A DNA stretch of 32,000 bases, from the NCBI GenBank assembly GCA_016188175.1, contig JACPII010000002.1:55379-87378 (forward strand). Reading direction: 5' to 3'. Every line of letters begins with the position of its first letter. The first letter of the stretch is position 1. The stretch comes from Candidatus Woesearchaeota archaeon. Lineage in GTDB: Archaea; Nanobdellota; Nanobdellia; Woesearchaeales; JACPBV01. This document shows, one piece after another, positions 15,673 to 25,169 of the stretch. The notes below the pieces were generated by a model. That model was not told the origin of the DNA, searched no databases, and saw nothing but the letters and a program-made list of their open reading frames with translations. Position numbers and translations under genes: made by a program.

Positions 15673-18072
15673 ATGGACAAAGCCCATAAGTATATTCTTT
15701 GGTTTGACGAGATAGGAATCCATGACGTTCCCTATGTAGGTGGAAAAAACGCCTCATTGGGAGAGATGTACAACGCCTTGAGGAAGAAAGGCATCAGGAT
15801 CCCTGACGGTTTTGCGGTTACCGCCGCCGGGTATCGCTTTTTCCTCGAAGAAGAGGGAATAAAAACAAGGCTGTTTGAAATCCTCAAGCGCATCAATCCC
15901 CGCAGCGTCGAAAGCCTCACCGCCCGCGGCAATGAAGCACGCCAGCTTTTTCTCCACGCAGATATTCCTCCTGCACTCCGCATGCTGATTCTCAGCGCCT
16001 ATCGGAAGCTCTGCCAGAGATATGGCCCAAATACTGATGTCGCCGTAAGGAGCTCTGCAACGGCTGAAGACCTACCGGGCGCAAGTTTTGCCGGCCAGCA
16101 GGACACGTTTCTCAACATCAGGGGTGAGACTGCCCTCTTAGACGCGTGCAGGCGGTGTTTTGCATCCTTGTACACTAACCGGGCAATCCACTACCGCCTC
16201 GACAAGGGGTTCGACCACGAGAAAGTTTCCCTCTCCATCGGCATCCAAAAGATGGTGAGGAGCGACCTTGCATCCTCAGGAGTGATGTTCTCCATCGACA
16301 CAGAAACCGGATTTAAGGATGTTATCCTTATCAATGGGATTTGGGGCATGGGGGAGAACATAGTCCAGGGAAAAGTCAACCCCGATGAATGGTATGTGCA
16401 CAAGCCGACCCTCCAGAAGGGGTTCAAGCCGATCATCAGCCGGATCCTCGGCGACAAAAAGCTGAAGCTGGTCTATGCTCACGAAGGGACAAAAGCATCG
16501 ACGAAAAACATTGAGACGACCGATCATGAAAGCCATTCTTTTGTCCTCACCAGCGAGGAAGTCCTAACCCTCGCAAGATGGGCATGCAGCATCGAGCAAT
16601 ACTACAGGATGCCCATGGACATTGAGTGGGCAAAGGACGGCCTCACCGGCCATCTGTATATCGTCCAGGCGAGGCCGGAAACCATCCAGAGCCAAAAAAA
16701 TCCCCACATCCTTGAGGAATTTCGCCTTTTAGACCGCGGAAAAATCCTCGCCAAAGGGAGAAGCGTCGGGTCGAAAATCGGGCAGGGAAGAGTCCAGGTC
16801 ATCCGTTCAGCCCACGAGATGGGCTCTTTTAAGGACGGAAATGTGCTTGTCACCGATATGACTGACCCGGACTGGGAGCCGATCATAAAGATCGCTTCCG
16901 CCATCGTCACCAACAAAGGCGGGAAGACCTGCCACGCCGCCATCATCTCCCGCGAGCTTGGCATCCCCTGCGTCGTGGGAACTCTCAACGCAACAGAAGC
17001 ATTGCGGAATAACCAAAAAGTTACCATCAGCTGCGCCGAAGGGGAAGAAGGATTTGCCTATGAAGGATATCTCAAATACAAGATTTTTCACCACAACCTT
17101 GCAAACCTTCCAAAAACCCACACCAAGCTCATGGTTAACGTAGGCAACCCGGAACAGGCGCTCGAGCTGAGCTTTCTGCCGACGGAAGGCGTTGGCCTTG
17201 CCCGCCAGGAATTTATCATAAGCCAGTACATCAAGATCCACCCTAATGCGCTCATCTCTTTTTCCGAGATTACAAACAGGAATGTTAAGGAAGCGATCGA
17301 AAAGCTGACGATAGGTTTCAAAGACAAGACCTCATTTTATATCGAAAGGCTTGCCGAGGGCATTGCAACCATTGGAGCTGCATTCTACCCTAAAGATGTC
17401 ATTGTCCGTTTCTCCGACTTCAAAAGCAACGAATACGCAAACCTTATCGGAGGAACGCTGTTTGAGCCGCTGGAAAGCAATCCGATGATTGGGTGGAGGG
17501 GAGCCTCCCGCTATTACTCAAAAGAGTACAGGGATTCATTCGCCCTCGAATGCAAAGCGCTGAAAAAAGTCAGGGACGAGATGGGCCTGCAGAATGTCAA
17601 GGTGATGATACCTTTTTGCAGGACCGTCGAAGAGGGCTCCCTCGTCTTAAAAGAGATGGCAAAGCACGGCCTCATCAGGGGAAAAAAAGGCCTCCAGGTG
17701 TATGTGATGTGCGAAATCCCCTCCAACGTTATCCTTGCAGACCAATTCTCCGAGCTGTTTGATGGATTCAGCATCGGCACGAACGACCTTACCCAATTGA
17801 CGCTGGGATTAGACCGGGACTCCGCATTGGTCAACCATCTGTATGATGAGGGCAACGATGCAGTAAAAACCCTGGTCGCAACCGCAATCAGCAAAGCAAA
17901 AGCCCGCGGAAAGAAAATAGGCATCTGCGGGGAAGCAGGAGCCAACCCCGAATTCGCAAAATTCCTCGTCTCTTGCGGGATTGATTCGATATCGGTGCCT
18001 CCGGATGCTGTGCTTCCAACGTTGCTCTCTATCGGCGAAGCCGAGCGCGCCATCCGGACAAAAAGAAGGTAA
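15673..18072 (+). CDS. ppsA: Phosphoenolpyruvate synthase (pyruvate, water dikinase)
   Basis: About 800 aa, with VGGKNASLGEM, the phosphohistidine swivel motif GGKTCHAAIISRELGIPCVVG, and a C-terminal PEP-utilising TIM domain. The ATG at 15673 behind GAGGTTGAGG is preferred to the track TTG at 15667. Confidence 0.95.
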   Translation: MDKAHKYILWFDEIGIHDVPYVGGKNASLGEMYNALRKKGIRIPDGFAVTAAGYRFFLEEEGIKTRLFEILKRINPRSVESLTARGNEARQLFLHADIPPALRMLILSAYRKLCQRYGPNTDVAVRSSATAEDLPGASFAGQQDTFLNIRGETALLDACRRCFASLYTNRAIHYRLDKGFDHEKVSLSIGIQKMVRSDLASSGVMFSIDTETGFKDVILINGIWGMGENIVQGKVNPDEWYVHKPTLQKGFKPIISRILGDKKLKLVYAHEGTKASTKNIETTDHESHSFVLTSEEVLTLARWACSIEQYYRMPMDIEWAKDGLTGHLYIVQARPETIQSQKNPHILEEFRLLDRGKILAKGRSVGSKIGQGRVQVIRSAHEMGSFKDGNVLVTDMTDPDWEPIIKIASAIVTNKGGKTCHAAIISRELGIPCVVGTLNATEALRNNQKVTISCAEGEEGFAYEGYLKYKIFHHNLANLPKTHTKLMVNVGNPEQALELSFLPTEGVGLARQEFIISQYIKIHPNALISFSEITNRNVKEAIEKLTIGFKDKTSFYIERLAEGIATIGAAFYPKDVIVRFSDFKSNEYANLIGGTLFEPLESNPMIGWRGASRYYSKEYRDSFALECKALKKVRDEMGLQNVKVMIPFCRTVEEGSLVLKEMAKHGLIRGKKGLQVYVMCEIPSNVILADQFSELFDGFSIGTNDLTQLTLGLDRDSALVNHLYDEGNDAVKTLVATAISKAKARGKKIGICGEAGANPEFAKFLVSCGIDSISVPPDAVLPTLLSIGEAERAIRTKRR

Positions 18073-18083
18073 GGGAACAGCCC

Positions 18084-18482
18084 ATGAAGCGTATCATTCT
18101 TGACACAAACACCTTGTTGATCCCGAGCCAATGCAGGGTTGACATCTTTTCAGAGCTTGAAAGAGTATGCCTCTTTCCCTTCGAGGTTTTTACCATCAGC
18201 CAGGCCATAAAAGAGCTGGGCATCATCCTAGGTTCAGGAAAAGGAAAAGACCACAGGGCGGCGGCATTGGCGATCGCGATGGTCAAAAGGAGCAATATCG
18301 GGATAGCCGATTCTCCGCCATCCCTCGATGCAGATAAGGCGCTCCTTGCTGTCGGAAAAGAAAAAGATACGATTATTGCAACCCAGGACCAAGAGCTCAA
18401 GCGGATGTTAAAAAAGCAGGGAACTCCCGTAATCACGTTAAGGTCAAAAAAATATTTTATTCTCCTGAACGCCCCTTGGTGA
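18084..18482 (+). CDS. PIN-domain protein, Fcf1/COG1412-like
   Basis: IILDTNTLL at the N-terminus and IIATQDQELKRMLKKQGTPVITLR at the C-terminus, as in archaeal Fcf1-like PIN proteins. No adjacent antitoxin. Confidence 0.6.
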   Translation: MKRIILDTNTLLIPSQCRVDIFSELERVCLFPFEVFTISQAIKELGIILGSGKGKDHRAAALAIAMVKRSNIGIADSPPSLDADKALLAVGKEKDTIIATQDQELKRMLKKQGTPVITLRSKKYFILLNAPW

Positions 18483-18665
18483 CATTCTTTATTTGACAGA
18501 AGGGGGTGGTGAAACGATGTGCGATATTTCCCGCGTATATTGTTCCAACTCGCCCTAAGAAAGCCTTAGAATAGCTTCAGTGAAAATGAAGGCTAGCAGC
18601 CAAAAGTCAAAGTTAAATTGATTGTGCTATCTGGCTGGCAAGGAGAAAGCCCCAAAGAAAAAAAG

Positions 18666-18673
18666 TTTATATA
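18666..18673 (+). promoter_or_regulatory. BRE/TATA box (AAAAAG-TTTATATA) upstream of the polyprenol-kinase-like gene
   Basis: The 17-mer is identical to the one at 5367-5383. The ATG at 18705 lies 31 nt after the box. Confidence 0.55.
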
Positions 18674-18704
18674 CCCTTGAGATGTTCTCTAATAAATAGC
18701 CCAT

Positions 18705-19298
18705 ATGGAACACAGCAAACTGCCGACAAAGAACTTTTATCTAAGGAAGCTCGCCCACTTCATCAACGGCATTTTCCTCTTGCTTATCACTGATTTCCTG
18801 CTGGACAGGTACGGCACCCCAAAAATGCTTCTTGCAGGCACAGGGATCCTTCTCTTGGTTATGGCGGGAGAATTCCTTCGCATCGAGACCGGCCTGGTGC
18901 GCTGGCTGAACATTGTTGCCAAGAAACAGGAATACCGGAGATTTTCGTCTCTTATCGACGCCATCGCAATCAATCTGTTGATGTTCGCTGTCTTTCCGAC
19001 CCCCATTGCGTTTGCTACGATGTCTATCTCTGCTTTTGGAGACGGAGCTGCCGGCTTATTTGGAAGGATGTGGGGGAAGCATAAGACCCCCTTTAATGAA
19101 AACAAATCCTGGGAAGGCTTTCTCGCCTATGCAGTAGTCGGCTCGGTATTCGCCTCGTTTTTTGTTCCCCCGCCGCTCGCGGTCACTATGGCCATCGTTG
19201 CCTCTTTCATAGAGATTAACTGCAAATATGTTGAAGATAATCTGATCGTGCCCCCGACTATCGCGTTCCTCGCCTATGCCATCCAGGCGCTCTTGTGA
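18705..19298 (+). CDS. CTP-dependent polyprenol (dolichol/phytol) kinase family membrane protein
   Basis: Multi-TM, with GDGAAGLFGRMWGKHK...NKSWEGFLA...EDNLIVP resembling the dolichol kinase / CTP_transf_1 family pattern. Confidence 0.55.
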   Translation: MEHSKLPTKNFYLRKLAHFINGIFLLLITDFLLDRYGTPKMLLAGTGILLLVMAGEFLRIETGLVRWLNIVAKKQEYRRFSSLIDAIAINLLMFAVFPTPIAFATMSISAFGDGAAGLFGRMWGKHKTPFNENKSWEGFLAYAVVGSVFASFFVPPPLAVTMAIVASFIEINCKYVEDNLIVPPTIAFLAYAIQALL

Positions 19299-19612
19299 GG
19301 GATATGCCCGTTGACAAGATAATCAGGCAAACCACCATGATGCAGCCTATCGTCAAAAACCCATACATCGACGCCCTCCTTAAGCTGATGCTTTTTTCTG
19401 CATCCTTGCACATGGTCATCCTGATAGCCAATTCCCTCTTTTCCGGCAACCTGGGCCTCCTCAACTACTTTGATATCCTCGACCTCGAATGGGTATTCCC
19501 CAGCCTGTCGGGATCAGGATTGCCTTTATTTCTCGGCACACTGCTGGCCTTGGGAATATACGCCTTATTCTTGGTGCACGCCATTAAGCTTCAGAAAAAG
19601 TTCGGTCATTAA
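19295..19612 (+). CDS. Small membrane protein, unknown function
   Basis: 4-nt overlap with the upstream gene; three predicted hydrophobic helices. Confidence 0.45.
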   Translation: MRDMPVDKIIRQTTMMQPIVKNPYIDALLKLMLFSASLHMVILIANSLFSGNLGLLNYFDILDLEWVFPSLSGSGLPLFLGTLLALGIYALFLVHAIKLQKKFGH

Positions 19613-20064
19613 AGGAAAAACGTCCCATAGGCCATTGCAACCCCATATCCAAGGACAACACCTACCAGCACTTCTTTCCACGAATGCCCCGTTGTTTCCT
19701 TGAAGATCTGCTTTCCCTTGAGCTTGTTCAGGAACGAAGCATGCATGCCCACCTCCCGCCTGACATGGAACGCGTCATGGATGACAAAAAGGGCAAAAAA
19801 CAAAGACAGGACAAACAGAGGCGAGAACCCGTCGATGAGGTAAAAGGTTGTAGCAAGCGACGTCAATGTCGCACTGTGGGTGCTCGGCATATGCCCGTCC
19901 TCAAAAAGGATGCTGAAATTCCATCTTTTTGTAGATAAGCCAAAGATAAAAAACTTTAGGACTTGGGTAAAGAGCAGCGTCCCCAGGGAAACGATGAGCA
20001 CATGGATTGCTTGAGCCATATCTTTGATGGGGGGGATGGGGATTTTTAAATATTGTGATAACAT
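19609..20064 (-). CDS. DUF212 (acid phosphatase/vanadium haloperoxidase-related, divergent PAP2) membrane protein
   Basis: GHMPSTHSATLTSLAT matches the GGMPSSHSA signature of the family. The track ORF (to 20250) overlaps the divergent neighbour, so I chose the Met at 20064 (alternative 20019). Confidence 0.6.
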   Translation of the reverse strand: MLSQYLKIPIPPIKDMAQAIHVLIVSLGTLLFTQVLKFFIFGLSTKRWNFSILFEDGHMPSTHSATLTSLATTFYLIDGFSPLFVLSLFFALFVIHDAFHVRREVGMHASFLNKLKGKQIFKETTGHSWKEVLVGVVLGYGVAMAYGTFFL

Positions 20065-20243
20065 AGAAGGCGACAGTAGAAACACATAATAGATTTCGCC
20101 TTCTAGGTTGTAAAAGACAAACATGCTTATGCAAAACTTTTGTCTTTTACTAACCCGCCCCTGTCCTCCGAACCCAGCTAAAATCCACAATTCATCATAC
20201 CGCATGGAACAACGTTTAAATACGCCCGTTCCAACCATGGCAT

Positions 20244-20813
20244 ATGCCATTCATCTCCGTTCAGGAACTCATCGACATTGCAGTGATGGCCTTTGCCATC
20301 GGTTTCATATTCCAGGACTCATTCCGCCCGAAGATAAGGGAAGATGTTGACCCTGTTGCTTACTACCAGCAAACAACCTGGTTCACGGGCATTAAAGAAG
20401 CCGCCCTCGTCGCTGCCCCCGCCGTCATCTTCCATGAGCTTGCGCACAAATTTGTTGCGATGGCATTCGGCGCTTTCGCAGTCCTCCACGCACCCTACTT
20501 CTGGTATTTCCTTGCCATCCTCATGAGGCTCGGCAACATGCCGTTTCCTTTCATCGTGGGAGGTTATGTAAGCCTCTCCCCCCTGCCCCCATTCCCTTCT
20601 GCAATCGTGGCAATCGCAGGCCCCCTCACTAACCTCCTCATCTGGGCGCTGAGTGTCGCTTCCATCAGATTCCACATCATCCCAAAAAAATATTACCCCA
20701 TCCTCGTCCCTCTCGGAAAGATCAATCTTTTCCTGGCAGTATTCAACATGATACCGATTCCCGGGTTTGACGGTGCAAATTTCTTGAGAAGTATTCTATT
20801 GTTGTGGAGATGA
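20244..20813 (+). CDS. Small M50-family (site-2 protease-like) membrane metalloprotease
   Basis: HELAHKFVA (HExxH within a TM helix) and NMIPIPGFDG (the M50 LDG-type motif). TATA-like GTTTAAATA lies about 27 nt upstream. Confidence 0.75.
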   Translation: MPFISVQELIDIAVMAFAIGFIFQDSFRPKIREDVDPVAYYQQTTWFTGIKEAALVAAPAVIFHELAHKFVAMAFGAFAVLHAPYFWYFLAILMRLGNMPFPFIVGGYVSLSPLPPFPSAIVAIAGPLTNLLIWALSVASIRFHIIPKKYYPILVPLGKINLFLAVFNMIPIPGFDGANFLRSILLLWR

Positions 20814-20906
20814 ATCTACAGCACCATTCTGGTTATAGTAGTTTCTATATAGTGATAACAAAAAGAAAGATTATTAAACAGATAAGCACTCTCCTGAGTG
20901 CAGAAT

Positions 20907-22721
20907 ATGAAAAGAACCATAAGAACGAACCTCATATCAGCAGCAGTAGTAACTGCCCTCGTGGGATTAGCCGGATTGACCTATTTTGCAAATAAAATTA
21001 GCTACAACTGGAAACAGTTCAAGAAATCAAAAACCGCTACGGTCCATGTTTTTGAGCAAACCTTTGATGATGGGCCTGGTTTCTGGCATATTCAAGACCA
21101 TGACCATACTTTTTCTGATAGACCAGACAACATCGATAAAAAAACAGCAACGCACCTTATCGCCTCTTTTAATGGAGAAGATACAGAAAAGTACAGGCCG
21201 AGAGAATCCAAATTTTGGAGTTATTCCTCAGAAAGGATGCCATTCACTAATTTTATTTTTCAAGATCTTGATGTTAATCGAGATGGTGTTGTCCACGTTC
21301 CGTCCGTCAGTTTCCTTCGCCCACAGGAGTTAGTAATATACAGGACGGACAATGGATTATGGGTTTTTACCGATGGATTATCAGAAAAATTGCTACCTTG
21401 CTTGGAGGGGATTGGATGGCCGGACTATCCGGCTTCCAGAAGCAGTTTCACCGATGCGGGCATCCTGGCTGGAAGAGATTCAAAATCTCTTTTCCAGATT
21501 GCTAATCAAGCTAGCCACAAAAGGGTCTTTGTTGATCCAGATTCAATCGATAAGAAATTCCCCGGTATGCCTGGCTTATCAAGAAACTCTTGCATTATTG
21601 AAGAAACAAATTCAGGCTATATTATCAGAACTCCTGAAACAAAAGACCTTTTCTATTGTAGGAAAGCGGGGATGCTAGACTTAAATTCGATGGAAAGGAG
21701 AGGCATTGAGCCGATACTTTTAGGGGGGAAACCCCAAGGGATAGCCTACGATGTCTATACTGCGATTCACGAACAGGCGAAAGATGGCCTTTCGGCGTTA
21801 GAGAAAATTCTTGGAAATCCCCGTATTAGGGTGGCCGTTTTTGGAGAGATGCATGAGGATGAATCCCCGGGGGGAGAAACGCATGCAAAATTCCTGAGCG
21901 AAACAATCCCCCTCCTCGTCAGATACGGTTATGCAATAGGTATCGAAGTGGATAGGGACATACTTCAATCTGGTTTTGGAAGGGCAGATAAGCTTTTCGA
22001 ATTGTACAATCAAGGAGTTAACCAGGTTGAAGGGCATTCAGTAGAGGATGGTGTACATCAGTTTCTTAGTACTTGGCTCGGAAAGCACACCATTGGCTTT
22101 GTTGAAAAATGCCACCGAAATGGGATTCCCATAATCCCCTTGGATAACCGGCGGAAGGTACGGGAGGCGTATTTCGAAGCATGGCGAGCCTATAGGGAAA
22201 ATGGTGGAAACCTCGATGAGTTTGAAGAAAAATTACCTGGTTTTTCTCTCACCAGAGACCATGTGATGTGTTCGAATGTGGTAGAATATATCACTGCGGA
22301 CCCAAAAAATAGGCTAGCAACAGTCATCGGAAGAAATCATGCAAGCGGTTCCCCTCAATCAATAAGGGTTATTGGAGATATCAGTGTTTCCCGAGGTTCC
22401 CTATTATTCGGGGGAGGGGGGCCAAAAATCATATTCGGATATAATGAGGCCAAACCGTTAGGTTTCAGATTGGAGGAAGCACTGGGCGATGAACAAGTTG
22501 TATTGATTGGCATATACGACAACTGGTACATACCCCAAAGGATGTTAGCTGCAGGAATCAGGGAGGATAATAGTCCTAAGTGTGTTGATTTCAGAGCCGA
22601 AGTGGACTGCCTGGAAATGCACTGCCTGTTTACCGAAAAAAAAGCGTTAATATATGATCCCCGCCAATTTTCATTTTTTGACAGTTCGCTTGAACATTCT
22701 TTAGTGGTATTGCCAAAATAA
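20907..22721 (+). CDS. Membrane-anchored protein with C-terminal Tiki/ChaN/TraB/erythromycin-esterase-like domain; N-terminal about 290 aa unassigned
   Basis: N-terminal TM helix (LISAAVVTALVGLAGLTYF). The C-terminal half carries the superfamily triad in order: RVAVFGEMHEDE (GExH), TRDHVMCSNV (RDxxM), VIGRNHASG (GxxH). The ATG at 20907 is preferred to the GTG at 20898. Confidence 0.5.
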   Translation: MKRTIRTNLISAAVVTALVGLAGLTYFANKISYNWKQFKKSKTATVHVFEQTFDDGPGFWHIQDHDHTFSDRPDNIDKKTATHLIASFNGEDTEKYRPRESKFWSYSSERMPFTNFIFQDLDVNRDGVVHVPSVSFLRPQELVIYRTDNGLWVFTDGLSEKLLPCLEGIGWPDYPASRSSFTDAGILAGRDSKSLFQIANQASHKRVFVDPDSIDKKFPGMPGLSRNSCIIEETNSGYIIRTPETKDLFYCRKAGMLDLNSMERRGIEPILLGGKPQGIAYDVYTAIHEQAKDGLSALEKILGNPRIRVAVFGEMHEDESPGGETHAKFLSETIPLLVRYGYAIGIEVDRDILQSGFGRADKLFELYNQGVNQVEGHSVEDGVHQFLSTWLGKHTIGFVEKCHRNGIPIIPLDNRRKVREAYFEAWRAYRENGGNLDEFEEKLPGFSLTRDHVMCSNVVEYITADPKNRLATVIGRNHASGSPQSIRVIGDISVSRGSLLFGGGGPKIIFGYNEAKPLGFRLEEALGDEQVVLIGIYDNWYIPQRMLAAGIREDNSPKCVDFRAEVDCLEMHCLFTEKKALIYDPRQFSFFDSSLEHSLVVLPK

Positions 22722-22825
22722 AAGAGAAATCATTTTTAGGGGGGAAAAATGTCCATATTCTACCCGGGATTTGCTATCAATAAAATGGTTTATGGGGGGC
22801 AGTAAGCTAATAGGTACCAGTTTCT

Positions 22826-24001
22826 TCATCGCAAAAACGCAAACAGCATCGTGATGATGACAACCACAAACAGGATAATCCCGATATGTTTCCATAACGC
22901 CCTTGCCCTATCCTCAGGCAGAAATTTCTGAAGGCCGACCAGCAGCATCCTTCCCCCATCCAGCGGCCCCATAGGCGCGAGATTAAAGAGCCCGATGCCG
23001 ATATTCAGGAAATAGAGGAAGAACAGCAGTTCAAGAAGCCATAAAAATGCCCTTCCGGAAAATTCCCCATACCGTGAGGAAAAGCCCTCATTGATCGAAA
23101 AATGCTGGGCTAAATTGGCGCCAAGATAGGGCCGGGTTGCATTGTCTGGCCTGGAACCTAGCATCACCTTGTGGCTCGAGCGGTTAGTCGTTATAGACGC
23201 CGTTTCTCCGGGTTTTTTCTTTTCCAGTGCAAGGGAAAGATTCTCCATCGTCTTGACGTTGAAAGAATCGACGCTGAGGATAAGGTCCCCGGGAAGCATG
23301 CCTGCCCGCTCTGCAGAAAAGTTCCCCTCCGCCAAGCCGTCGACAATCACCCCATCGGCACTCACAACCTTCTCCCCCAAAGGAGCTAAAAGAAAGAATA
23401 TCCCTAAAAAGATAAATGCAAAAATGACATTTGCAAAAGGGCCTGCTGCAAAAACGGCAAGCTGTTCCTTCGCCGGCCTCCTGGACAGTTCTTTCTCATC
23501 CGGCTCGACAAAAGCAGCAGGGATGACAGGCACGAAAACATTGAGGAATGCAAAACCGCTCGACTTCACCTTCATCTTGTATACCCTCGCAAAGATCCCA
23601 TGAGATATTTCATGGACACCGGCGATGATAAATATGGAGATTATCCAGTAAGAAAAGGGGACGTAAAATATTCCTTTCGCCTTGATAGGGAGGACAAGCC
23701 CGACACCCGATGCCGCAGCCGGCTCCTTGAAAAGCAGCAGCAGATTGCTCACCAAAGAATACGAGATGACGATCATCCCTAAAAACCCGAGGGCGATGAC
23801 GAACGGAACAATTGCCTTCAAAAGACGCTCAAAGCGCCTTCCGATACGGTCCATGAGGCGCAGGCCGGCAGACGACCGATACATGACAAAATATAGGAAA
23901 GGAAAAAGGATCTTTTTGACTTCAACCTTTTTCCGCTGATGCCAAAGAAAGAGGCCCATAAGGGCGATGAAGACAATGGCAACCAGGAGTTCTCCATTCA
24001 T
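22826..24001 (-). CDS. Site-2 protease (M50, RseP-like) with PDZ domain
   Basis: HEISHGIFA in a TM helix, a PDZ-like segment (GMLPGDLILSVDSFNV), and NLAPMGPLDGG. Confidence 0.85.
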   Translation of the reverse strand: MNGELLVAIVFIALMGLFLWHQRKKVEVKKILFPFLYFVMYRSSAGLRLMDRIGRRFERLLKAIVPFVIALGFLGMIVISYSLVSNLLLLFKEPAAASGVGLVLPIKAKGIFYVPFSYWIISIFIIAGVHEISHGIFARVYKMKVKSSGFAFLNVFVPVIPAAFVEPDEKELSRRPAKEQLAVFAAGPFANVIFAFIFLGIFFLLAPLGEKVVSADGVIVDGLAEGNFSAERAGMLPGDLILSVDSFNVKTMENLSLALEKKKPGETASITTNRSSHKVMLGSRPDNATRPYLGANLAQHFSINEGFSSRYGEFSGRAFLWLLELLFFLYFLNIGIGLFNLAPMGPLDGGRMLLVGLQKFLPEDRARALWKHIGIILFVVVIITMLFAFLR

Positions 24002-24003
24002 CC

Positions 24004-24165
24004 TTACTTCTTCCGGACGGGGCGGAACTTATTGCACCCGCACCCCTTACAGATGATCTTCCCTGCAAGGATTACAAGATTGTTGGACCGAATCTTCTTT
24101 TTGCAGCGCCGGCACACGAACACATTGCGAAAGCGCCTTGCTTCTGCTTCTGGAAAACGCACCAT
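24004..24165 (-). CDS. rpl40e: Ribosomal protein eL40 (L40e)
   Basis: Below the ORF-track size cutoff. Manual translation gives MVRFPEAEARRFRNVFVCRRCKKKIRSNNLVILAGKIICKGCGCNKFRPVRKK, with the C4 zinc ribbon and N-terminus typical of archaeal L40e. Its ATG overlaps the aIF5A stop (TAATG). Confidence 0.8.
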   Translation of the reverse strand: MVRFPEAEARRFRNVFVCRRCKKKIRSNNLVILAGKIICKGCGCNKFRPVRKK

Positions 24166-24566
24166 TAGGCTCCACCTTGAACTTGTTTCATCACTCTGTC
24201 ATCCATGATAACCCAGTAGGATACAACAACCCCGGGGGAAGCTTTCCCCTTGAGTTCCTCAGGTATTTTAAGGTCGAACGTCTCATAGCTCTCGGAATCC
24301 ATGACATTTGCCGTATCTCCCTGGGCAGACAGCACCTGGGCGCTTTTCTTTTCGATTATCGGAGACTCAAGATTGTCATGGCCCGGAATGACAATAACTC
24401 TTTTCTTCTCGTCGACAATGCCGACCGCTGTTAAACGGACCTTCGCATGGCCATGCTTCCCTGATTTTGAGATTTGGACATCGGTAACGACGCAGGCAGC
24501 ATTCTCCAGCACAACATAGCTCCCTTTTTTGATCGAGTTTGCCTGGACAGGTTTTGTGCTCGACAT
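24165..24566 (-). CDS. eif5a: Translation initiation factor 5A
   Basis: SKSGKHGHAKV hypusination motif; 133 aa. Confidence 0.95.
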   Translation of the reverse strand: MSSTKPVQANSIKKGSYVVLENAACVVTDVQISKSGKHGHAKVRLTAVGIVDEKKRVIVIPGHDNLESPIIEKKSAQVLSAQGDTANVMDSESYETFDLKIPEELKGKASPGVVVSYWVIMDDRVMKQVQGGA

Positions 24567-24567
24567 C

Positions 24568-24792
24568 TTACAAATATCCCCCCTTCACTGCAAGCTTGAT
24601 ATCACTTTCCTTAACCGTTCTTCTGCCCGCATGGGTTGCAAACCGCCATGCTTTTGCAGCGACCTCTTCCGCCTTTTCCTCAATGGCCGACTTCAGGGCA
24701 ACTTTGGCGCGTTCGGACACCCGGACATCATCGCCGCCTACCTTTTTTATGATTTTCTCCATCGCCGCAAGCGGGAGAAGCTTTTCAGTCAT
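24568..24792 (-). CDS. Archaeal histone (HMf-type histone fold)
   Basis: 74 aa. LPLAAMEKIIKK...RVSERAKVAL...HAGRRTVKESDIKLAV matches the archaeal histone fold pattern. Confidence 0.85.
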   Translation of the reverse strand: MTEKLLPLAAMEKIIKKVGGDDVRVSERAKVALKSAIEEKAEEVAAKAWRFATHAGRRTVKESDIKLAVKGGYL

Positions 24793-24970
24793 TGCTGCTC
24801 ACCAGATAACTGCTGCACACCAAATAGCTTACGGCCTGAAATCCCACCATACCGATCCTTTCGGGATAGGGGGAGCTTTATAAATGTTTTGTTCGCCCGT
24901 AAAGAGGCAAAAAAAGTGATGATAAAGGCTTAAAAATGATAGACTCGAAGTCATCTCTCCAAGGGCAGCA

Positions 24971-25129
24971 ATGAACAAGGGGAAAAATAGGCAAAGAAAA
25001 AAACTCAAAGGAAATCCGGCCACAGAAAATCTTCGGATTTTCTTTGTCGCGCTCGGCATTGCCTCGGCAACGGTCAAGGGCCGGACGGAATGGGTGCATT
25101 CAAAAAAAACTTCGAACAAAGGATGGTAA
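24971..25129 (+). CDS. Candidate 52-aa small protein (basic N-terminus plus one hydrophobic segment)
   Basis: Manual ORF MNKGKNRQRKKLKGNPATENLRIFFVALGIASATVKGRTEWVHSKKTSNKGW. It is preceded by TTTATAAA (about 24877) and followed by a hairpin plus T6. No recognisable family. Confidence 0.25.
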   Translation: MNKGKNRQRKKLKGNPATENLRIFFVALGIASATVKGRTEWVHSKKTSNKGW

Positions 25130-25143
25130 ATAAAAAATACCAG

Positions 25144-25169
25144 CCGCAGCAAGCTGCGGGGTATTTTTT
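25144..25169. terminator. Bidirectional hairpin terminator (CCGCAGC-AA-GCTGCGG) flanked by T-runs on both strands
   Basis: 7-bp GC-rich stem 25144-25159. On + it is followed by TATTTTTT; on - it is followed by TATTTTTTATTT. It lies downstream of the - strand gene 25229..25810 and the + strand small ORF. Confidence 0.55.

Noticed and set aside
24914-24960. C/D box sRNA (GTGATGA at about 24916-24922, ATGATAG further on)
   Set aside because: No CUGA D or D' boxes at the required spacing, and no terminal stem.
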